A stretch of 54,469 bases of DNA, taken from NCBI GenBank assembly GCA_046581755.1, contig JAYGFR010000108.1, positions 1 to 54,469 of the forward strand, in the 5' to 3' direction. A program made the translations under genes and the position numbers. How positions within the stretch are numbered: position 1 is the stretch's first letter; every line of letters starts with the position of its first letter. This stretch comes from Nitrospinota bacterium (GTDB taxonomy: Bacteria; UBA8248). Shown one piece after another: positions 48,020 to 54,469 of the stretch. Under the pieces are notes generated by a model. That model did no database searches. It saw only the letters and a program-made list of their open reading frames with translations, and was not told where the DNA came from.

Positions 48020-51000
48020 AGAGAATGATTGCCGGGACGGCGAACCACCCGGTTTTCGCCAACCTCCTGATGGCCGTGCTCATCCTGCTCGGCGTGATCT
48101 CCTTTTTTCAGATCAAAAGCGAGGTGATTCCTTCCTTTTCTCTCGACCAGGTGCGGGTGAGTGTCGCTTGGAAGGGCGCCAGCCCCGAGGAGGTGGAAGA
48201 GGGCGCCTGCATCAAGATTGAGGAGGCGATCACCGGTATCGAGGGGATCAAGAAGATTACCTCCACAGCGATTGAGAACAGTTGTACCCTCGTGGCCGAT
48301 CTCGAATCCTCGGTGGGTGATGCCAGAACCGTGATGGACGACATCAAGAATGCCGTGGACCGGATCGATTCATTTCCGGACGATATAGAGCGCCCCGTCA
48401 TCTCCGAGGTAAAACGAATCGATCAGGTGCTCAATCTGGCCCTCTACGGGGATGCTTCCGAGGCCGCCCTGAAGCGGATGGCGGAGGGGATCAAGGATGA
48501 CCTCCTCGCCATGGCCGGCATTTCCCAGGTGGCGGTCAGCGGAGTGCGAAACTGGGAAATTGCCATCGAAGTCTCGGAGCCCACCCTCCGCCGCTACGGG
48601 CTGACCTTCGAGAAGCTGGCCGATACGATCCGGAAAAACGTGCTGGACCTGACTGGAGGGGATATCCGCTCCTCCGACCAGCGGATTCGCATCCGCACGC
48701 TGGGCAAGCGCTACACGGGCATCGAATTCGAAAACCTCGCCATCCTCACCCGGACCGACGGCACGATTCTCCGCCTCCGCGACATCGCCCGGGTGGTGGA
48801 CGGTTTCGAGGACACGGATAAATCCGGCCGCTTCAACGGAAAAAACGCCGCCCTCGTCATCATTAACAAGACCGGGGACGAGGACGCCCTGCAAATCGCC
48901 GAAATGGTGAGGACCTACGCCGCGCGGAAGCAAAAGATCCTCCCGAAGGGGATATTCCTTTCCCCCTGGGCGGACACCTCCCGCCTGATCGAGGATCGGC
49001 TCGACCTGCTTTTACGGAACGGGCGGATCGGCCTCGTCCTGGTGTTTTTGTCCCTCTGGCTATTCCTGAACGTGCGCCTCTCGTTCTGGGTGGCGATGGG
49101 TATCCCAGTCTCCCTGATGGCGGCTCTGGGGTTCGTGACCTTCTCGGGCGGCTCGCTCAACATGATCACGATGTTCGCCTTTATCATGGTGCTCGGGATT
49201 CTCGTGGACGATGCAATCGTCGTCGCCGAGAACATTCATTCCAGGATGAAAAAGGGGGAGGATTTCCTCCAGGCGGCGATCGAGGGCGCCTACGAAGTGG
49301 CATGGCCGGTCGTGGGAACCGTGACGACCACCATCGTGGCCTTCATGCCGCTTTTCTGGGTTGAGGGGACCATCGGAAAATTCATGGCCATCCTCCCGCT
49401 GGCCATCATCGCCGCGCTGATCGCCTCCCTCATCGAATCGCTGTTCATTCTGCCGGTCCATCTGGGCCATTGGCTCAGGCCGCCCCGGGAAGGGTCGTTT
49501 TCGGGCCGCCTACGGCGGCGGATCGACCGTTTCGTGGATTGGTGGGTCAAGCGGATTTATCTCCCGTTTCTGGGTTTTTGCCTCGAGGCCCGCTACCTGG
49601 TCATCGCGGTGGCCATCGCCACCTTCGCCGTGACGATCGGGCTCACCGCGGGCGGCCATGTGCGCTTTCTTTTCTTCCCCAGCTTCGACTCGGACTTTAT
49701 CCAGGCGAGGATCCTTTTCCCGGAGGGGACGCCCATCACTCTGACCTCCGCCGCCGCCCGAAGGATTGAGGAGTCCGTCCGCTCCCTGGAGAGCGACTTC
49801 CGCTCCAAGACGGGCGAGTCCATCGTGCGCCATTATTTTACCATTCTCGGCGAGCAGGTTTCCGGGCCGAACAAAAGCGTAGCAGAGGGTAGCAACGCGG
49901 CCCAGGTGATCGTCGAGCTCCTTCCGGCCGAGCGCCGGGGAATCCCCAGCGCGGCCATCGTATCGCGCTGGCGGGAGAAGACCGGGGAGATCCCCGACGC
50001 GGTGAGCCTCGCCTTCGGGGGCACCCAGGTCCACCCGGGGGGAAAGGCCATCGAGATCCGCTTCACGGGCGCGGACATGCCCAGCCTCCGCCGGGCGGCC
50101 GAGGCCCTCAAGAGCGAACTCAAGAAGTATCCGGGCGTGCACGAGATCGAGGATGACTTCCGCATCGGGAAACTCGAGCTTCGGGCCAAACTCAAGCCCC
50201 AGGCCCGCGTGCTGGGAGTCTCGCTACGGGATCTGGCGGTCCAGCTGAGGGCGCGATTTTTCGGCCTCGAGGCCCTGCGCCTCCAGCGCGGGCGGGATGA
50301 CGTGAAAGTCATGGTCCGCTATCCCCTCGAGGATCGTCGCACGCTCGGCAATGTAGAGCGCGTGCGCATTCGCACCTCCTCGGGTGCGGAGATCCCCTTC
50401 TACGAGGTCGCCGACGTTCGTTTCTCGCGCGGGCGAGCCGAGATCAAGCGGATCGACCGAAGGCGCGTGATCACGGTTACGGCCGAGGTGGACGAGGCGC
50501 GGGCGAATCCGTCCGAGATCATCGCGAGCATGGGCAAGTCGTTTTTCCCTGATCTGTTGAAGCGCCTACCCGGCGTCCGTCTGCGCTTCGAGGGCCAGGC
50601 GCGTGAGAGGAGAGAATCCGTGGGCAGCCTGATACGGGGATTTGTGTTCGCGGGGGCGGTGATCTATCTGATTCTGGCCACCCTGTTCCGGAGCTATTTC
50701 CAGCCCCTCGTCGTCATGACGGCCATCCCGTTCGGGATCGTCGGCGCCGTTTGGGGGCACATCATCATGGGTTTCGACATCTCCATCATGAGCCTGATGG
50801 GCATCGTCGCTCTCTCCGGGGTGGTGGTAAACGATTCGCTGGTCTTTCTCGATTTCGCGAACCGGTTCATCGGGCGGGGAATGAAGATCGAAGAGGCGCT
50901 CTTGCGGGCGGGTGCATCGCGCCTGCAGCCCATCGTGCTGACTTCCCTGACGACGGTGGCCGGGCTGGGCCCCATGATGCTGGAGCGCAGCTTTCAGGCC

Positions 51001-51219
51001 CAGTTCTTGATCCCGATGGCGGTGAGCCTGTGTTTTGGCCTCGTTTTCGCGACGGCTATCACCCTCATCCTCGTGCCCGTCTTCTCGCTGGTTGGTAACG
51101 ACGCCGCCCGGCTGTGGGGGCGGGTCTGGACGGGAAGCTGGCCCAGCCGCGAGGAGGCGGACGTCCATCATCCCGGCCCCGGAGGGCATGTGGCGGCGAA
51201 CCTTCTCGGTCCGGCTTGA
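48016..51219 (+). CDS. RND efflux permease (AcrB/AcrD/AcrF family)
   Basis: GASPEEVEE, GILVDDAIVVAENI, GVVVNDS, RLQPIVLTSLTT; 1067 aa. Confidence 0.93.
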   Translation: MKRMIAGTANHPVFANLLMAVLILLGVISFFQIKSEVIPSFSLDQVRVSVAWKGASPEEVEEGACIKIEEAITGIEGIKKITSTAIENSCTLVADLESSVGDARTVMDDIKNAVDRIDSFPDDIERPVISEVKRIDQVLNLALYGDASEAALKRMAEGIKDDLLAMAGISQVAVSGVRNWEIAIEVSEPTLRRYGLTFEKLADTIRKNVLDLTGGDIRSSDQRIRIRTLGKRYTGIEFENLAILTRTDGTILRLRDIARVVDGFEDTDKSGRFNGKNAALVIINKTGDEDALQIAEMVRTYAARKQKILPKGIFLSPWADTSRLIEDRLDLLLRNGRIGLVLVFLSLWLFLNVRLSFWVAMGIPVSLMAALGFVTFSGGSLNMITMFAFIMVLGILVDDAIVVAENIHSRMKKGEDFLQAAIEGAYEVAWPVVGTVTTTIVAFMPLFWVEGTIGKFMAILPLAIIAALIASLIESLFILPVHLGHWLRPPREGSFSGRLRRRIDRFVDWWVKRIYLPFLGFCLEARYLVIAVAIATFAVTIGLTAGGHVRFLFFPSFDSDFIQARILFPEGTPITLTSAAARRIEESVRSLESDFRSKTGESIVRHYFTILGEQVSGPNKSVAEGSNAAQVIVELLPAERRGIPSAAIVSRWREKTGEIPDAVSLAFGGTQVHPGGKAIEIRFTGADMPSLRRAAEALKSELKKYPGVHEIEDDFRIGKLELRAKLKPQARVLGVSLRDLAVQLRARFFGLEALRLQRGRDDVKVMVRYPLEDRRTLGNVERVRIRTSSGAEIPFYEVADVRFSRGRAEIKRIDRRRVITVTAEVDEARANPSEIIASMGKSFFPDLLKRLPGVRLRFEGQARERRESVGSLIRGFVFAGAVIYLILATLFRSYFQPLVVMTAIPFGIVGAVWGHIIMGFDISIMSLMGIVALSGVVVNDSLVFLDFANRFIGRGMKIEEALLRAGASRLQPIVLTSLTTVAGLGPMMLERSFQAQFLIPMAVSLCFGLVFATAITLILVPVFSLVGNDAARLWGRVWTGSWPSREEADVHHPGPGGHVAANLLGPA

Positions 51220-51322
51220 CCGCCGGCGGTTTGACCCTTGTAATAGACATGTGCCTTGTCTTGTGTAGATTCCGGCATGTTGAATCCGGCATTTTTTATC
51301 GAACGAGGAGGCTGTGCGCTTC

Positions 51323-52423
51323 ATGGCGTCAAACGACGGCGTTCGCTACGGCGAGGCGGTGAAGGACAATATGGAGGCGGTCGTGATGACCGCTCCCGAG
51401 ACTCTTGAAATAAAACAGGTTCCAGTCCCGGAGCCACTCCCAGGCGAGGTGCTCGTCAAGGTCGAGAGCACCATGATCTGCGGAACCGACATCGAGATTA
51501 TCAAGGGGACGCACGTTCCCCGGTGGCCTCCGCAGTTTCCCGCCATCTTGGGCCACGAGTGGGCGGGCCGGATCGTGGGCATGGGCCCCCATACGGAAGG
51601 GTTCGGCCTCGAAATGGGGGACCATGTGGCGGGAACCAGCCACGCCGGCTGCGGTGCCTGCCGGATGTGCCATATTGGCCGGTATAACCTCTGTTACAAT
51701 TACGGGAACACCATTACCGGCCACCGCCAGTACGGGCACACCTCACAGGGCTCCTATGCCGAATACGTGACCAACAATATTCGGGCTCTCCACAAGATGC
51801 CCAAAGAGATGCCCTTTGATCTCGGCTCGGCGGTCGATCCGGCCGCCTGCGGGCTCTGGACGGCGAAGCGGGCCGGAATCAACGCGGGCGATACGGTCAT
51901 CGTCCTGGGCTCGGGGCCTATCGGGGTGTTCGCCTACGAGTCGGCCCGGGCGCTCGGCGCCGGGCGGGTCATCGTCGTCGGCGGCGGGCGGCGGCTCGAG
52001 ATCATCGCCGAGCAGGGCACCGAGACGGTCAGCTACCGCGAGGGGAATGTGGTGGAGACGATCAAGGAGATGACGGGCGGCCTGCTGGGCAACGTCGTTC
52101 TCGAGACGGCGGGCCAGAAGGCGAGCTTCCAGTGGGCCATCGATTGCGCGGGCAAGGGCTCGCGGGTGGCGCTCACCGGGATTCCCGAGGAGATTCCCGA
52201 CATCGCCTGGAAGCGCGTGGTGCTCGAGGAGATGGATATTTTCGGGGTCCGGGCGAATCCCAACTGCGGGGATGAGGTGATCCGCCTGATTCAGGGCGGC
52301 CAGATTCGGATTGAGCCCTACATCACCCACCGCTTCCCGCTCAAGCAATACCAGGAGGCGCACGATATTTTCGTAGCCCGCCAGGACGGCGCGCTGCTGA
52401 TGAGCCTCTCGCCGGGGAAATGA
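51323..52423 (+). CDS. zinc-dependent medium-chain alcohol/polyol dehydrogenase
   Basis: ICGTD, GHEWAG, CGACRMC...C structural Zn site, GSGPIG; start could be 51314, 51323 or 51371. Confidence 0.9.
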   Translation: MASNDGVRYGEAVKDNMEAVVMTAPETLEIKQVPVPEPLPGEVLVKVESTMICGTDIEIIKGTHVPRWPPQFPAILGHEWAGRIVGMGPHTEGFGLEMGDHVAGTSHAGCGACRMCHIGRYNLCYNYGNTITGHRQYGHTSQGSYAEYVTNNIRALHKMPKEMPFDLGSAVDPAACGLWTAKRAGINAGDTVIVLGSGPIGVFAYESARALGAGRVIVVGGGRRLEIIAEQGTETVSYREGNVVETIKEMTGGLLGNVVLETAGQKASFQWAIDCAGKGSRVALTGIPEEIPDIAWKRVVLEEMDIFGVRANPNCGDEVIRLIQGGQIRIEPYITHRFPLKQYQEAHDIFVARQDGALLMSLSPGK

Positions 52424-52445
52424 GGCGAATCGGGAAGGGGCGGTG

Positions 52446-52865
52446 ATGCCAGCGGAGCCGGAAAAAAAGTATGGGGCCAAAAAATACGGGGCCAAGATGA
52501 TCGCCGAGGCGGAACTCGAGGCCGTGCCGAACCCGTCCCCGGAGCGGGACTATGTGATCGATTTCACGATTCCCGAGTTCACGTGCCTCTGTCCGATCAG
52601 CAATTTTCCGGATTTCGCGACGATTCATATCCGGTATGTGCCGGGCGAGCGGATTGTGGAGCTGAAATCACTCAAACTCTACATCAACCGCTACCGGGAC
52701 CGGGAAGTGTTTCACGAGCAGGCGGTGAACCGGATTCTCGGCGATCTGGTGGCCTGCTGCGCGCCCAAGTGGGCGTGGATCGAGGGTGATTTCAGCGTCC
52801 GGGGAAACATCAAGACCAAAATCCGGGCGGTTCATGGCGAGCGGCCGGAAGGAGTTCCGGAGTGA
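52446..52865 (+). CDS. queF: NADPH-dependent preQ0 reductase QueF (type I)
   Basis: EFTCLCP, PDFA, VELKSLKLY, FHE, RGNI. Confidence 0.93.
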   Translation: MPAEPEKKYGAKKYGAKMIAEAELEAVPNPSPERDYVIDFTIPEFTCLCPISNFPDFATIHIRYVPGERIVELKSLKLYINRYRDREVFHEQAVNRILGDLVACCAPKWAWIEGDFSVRGNIKTKIRAVHGERPEGVPE

Positions 52866-52901
52866 GATTTATTTCGACTATACGCGAATACGGAGGAGCG
52901 A

Positions 52902-54469
52902 ATGTCAGAATATAAGATAGCCGGAAAAAATTTGGCCCGTATTGATGCCCCCGACAAGGCCGCCGGGACGGCGTGCTTCGCGGCCGATGTGCCGCCTCCT
53001 CCGCGCGGGCTGCACGGTTTGGTGCTCAGAAGCCTCCATCCCTATGCCAAGGTCGTCTCGGTGGACAGCCGTGCGGCCGAGAAGATTCCGGGCGTCCGGG
53101 CGGTCGTGACCCGGGAGAACGGCCCCCAGCACACCTTCGGCGGGGGAATCAAGGATCAGTGCTGGTTTGCCAGGGACGGCTTCGTCCGCTACACGGGCGA
53201 GCCCGTGGCCGCGGTGGCTGCCGAGACGCTCGACGCCGCCCAGGCCGCCATCGAGGCGATCCGCGTGAAATATGAGGTGCTCGAACCCGTCGTGAACGCG
53301 CTCGACAGCCGTGCGGGCAAGGGAGGCTTCGTGCACGAGAACTGGCGCGATCTCAAGCTCGGCCCGAATTCCGAGGGAAACGTCATCGCCAGCTTCGAGC
53401 GGGAAATGGGGAATGCGGCAGTGGGATTTGCCGAGGCCGACCGTATTTTCGAACATACCTTCTTCACCCCCCGCTCCCACGCCGCCTATATCGAGCCCCA
53501 TGCCTGTACGGCAGAAGCCGGGGCGGACGGGGATGTGACGGTGTGGACCTCCACTCAGGACGCCTGGTCGATCCGGGCCGGGATGGCCGATGCGCTGGCC
53601 TATCCCTTAAACCGGATCCGCGTCATTCCAACCGAGATCGGCGGCGGCTTCGGGGCCAAGCTCCAATCCTCCATCGAGCACATCGCCGCTCTCCTCTCCC
53701 TGCGGAGCGGCGAGTCGGTCCGCATCGAAATGACGCGCGAGGAAGACCACCACTCCGCCAGCCCGCGCCATCCGCATTTCATCACCATCCGGACAGGCGT
53801 GAAAAACGACGGCACCCTTATCGCGCGCGAGCTGGATGTCACCATGGACCACGGCGCCTACGGGCGCGGCGCCCCCTTCCAGTGCCAGAGCAAGATGATG
53901 ATGGGCTCGTGCACCTACCGCATCCCCAACGTCAAGGTCCGGGCCTGTACGGTCTACACGAACGGGCCCATCTCGGGTCCGGTGCGCGCCCCGAGCGGGC
54001 CTCAATACCACTTCGCGACCGAGGTCCATTTGGACATCATCGCCCGGGAGCTGGGCATCGACCCCCTCGAAATCAGAAGGATCAACGCCCTCCGGCCGGG
54101 GGACGTCACCCTGGCCCCTCCGGAGGAGAATCCCTCGATGCGGGCCGTGGTGGACCGCGTTGCCGAGGAAAGCGGATGGGGCTCGGCAGTCCCCTCCGTA
54201 GCGGAGCTCGAAGCCGAGGGATGGCAAACCGGGCGGGGAATCGCCTGCGGCTACTGGGGCGGCCCAGGAGAGTCGGCGAGTTGTTCGCTCCGCCTGAACG
54301 ATGACGGATCGATTCAGATCATGGCGGGCACGGTCAACCTGACCGGAATGAGCACGGCCCTTTGCCAGCTCACAGCCGAGGAGTTCGGCATCGGCCTCGA
54401 TGAGGTCCGCTACAGCACGGGCGACACCGACACCGTCCCCCAGTCCACCGCCGCGTCCGGGAGCAAGGC
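52902..54469 (+). CDS. xanthine dehydrogenase-family molybdopterin-binding subunit (partial, runs off the window)
   Basis: Manual translation from ATG 52902 (GGAGG RBS): GKNLARIDAPDKAAG, YIEPH, WTSTQ, IGGGFGAK, ARELGIDP; absent from the ORF track because there is no stop in the window. Confidence 0.9.
   Translation, partial: MSEYKIAGKNLARIDAPDKAAGTACFAADVPPPPRGLHGLVLRSLHPYAKVVSVDSRAAEKIPGVRAVVTRENGPQHTFGGGIKDQCWFARDGFVRYTGEPVAAVAAETLDAAQAAIEAIRVKYEVLEPVVNALDSRAGKGGFVHENWRDLKLGPNSEGNVIASFEREMGNAAVGFAEADRIFEHTFFTPRSHAAYIEPHACTAEAGADGDVTVWTSTQDAWSIRAGMADALAYPLNRIRVIPTEIGGGFGAKLQSSIEHIAALLSLRSGESVRIEMTREEDHHSASPRHPHFITIRTGVKNDGTLIARELDVTMDHGAYGRGAPFQCQSKMMMGSCTYRIPNVKVRACTVYTNGPISGPVRAPSGPQYHFATEVHLDIIARELGIDPLEIRRINALRPGDVTLAPPEENPSMRAVVDRVAEESGWGSAVPSVAELEAEGWQTGRGIACGYWGGPGESASCSLRLNDDGSIQIMAGTVNLTGMSTALCQLTAEEFGIGLDEVRYSTGDTDTVPQSTAASGSK

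Noticed and set aside
22406..54469. Genomic island integrated at tRNA-Asp
   Set aside because: No integrase, no repeat of the tRNA 3' end noticed, and no evident compositional shift in the downstream genes
52902..54469. Aerobic CO dehydrogenase coxL
   Set aside because: Lacks AYxCSFR and AYxGAGR signatures

Overview
GC-rich bacterial chromosomal segment with two parts. (1) 1-22.5 kb is core genome: a dcw division/cell-wall cluster (mraZ-rsmH-ftsL-ftsI-murE-murF-mraY-murD-ftsW-murG-murC-murB-ftsQ-ftsA-ftsZ, no ddl), then pgeF-yggS-proC-yggT-divIVA-yggU, mtnA and tRNA-Asp(GTC). The gene order suggests a diderm of the Deltaproteobacteria/Nitrospinota/Tectomicrobia type (inference). (2) 22.5-54.5 kb is accessory metabolism: a TPP enzyme, a 2-hydroxyacid dehydrogenase interrupted by an in-frame TGA, MarR + luciferase-like monooxygenase + cyclase, a NitT/TauT ABC transporter with a 5'-truncated second permease and a 3 x 30-bp repeat in its leader, a family III CoA-transferase, a CHASE2 adenylate cyclase, a periplasmic redox cluster, MBL/RibD-like/VOC proteins, orphan E1 alpha/beta, an RND pair, a Zn-dehydrogenase, queF and a molybdoenzyme large subunit that runs off the window. 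The most notable locus is the redox cluster at 37.3-42.1 kb: a MauG-type (Tyr-ligand) diheme peroxidase, a diheme cytochrome c, a monoheme cytochrome c joined to a YVTN beta-propeller through an A9 tract, and a convergent Cys-less FGE/NirV-like protein. No CRISPR array, integrase or IS was recognised. All product calls come from motif recognition by eye; no database search was run.
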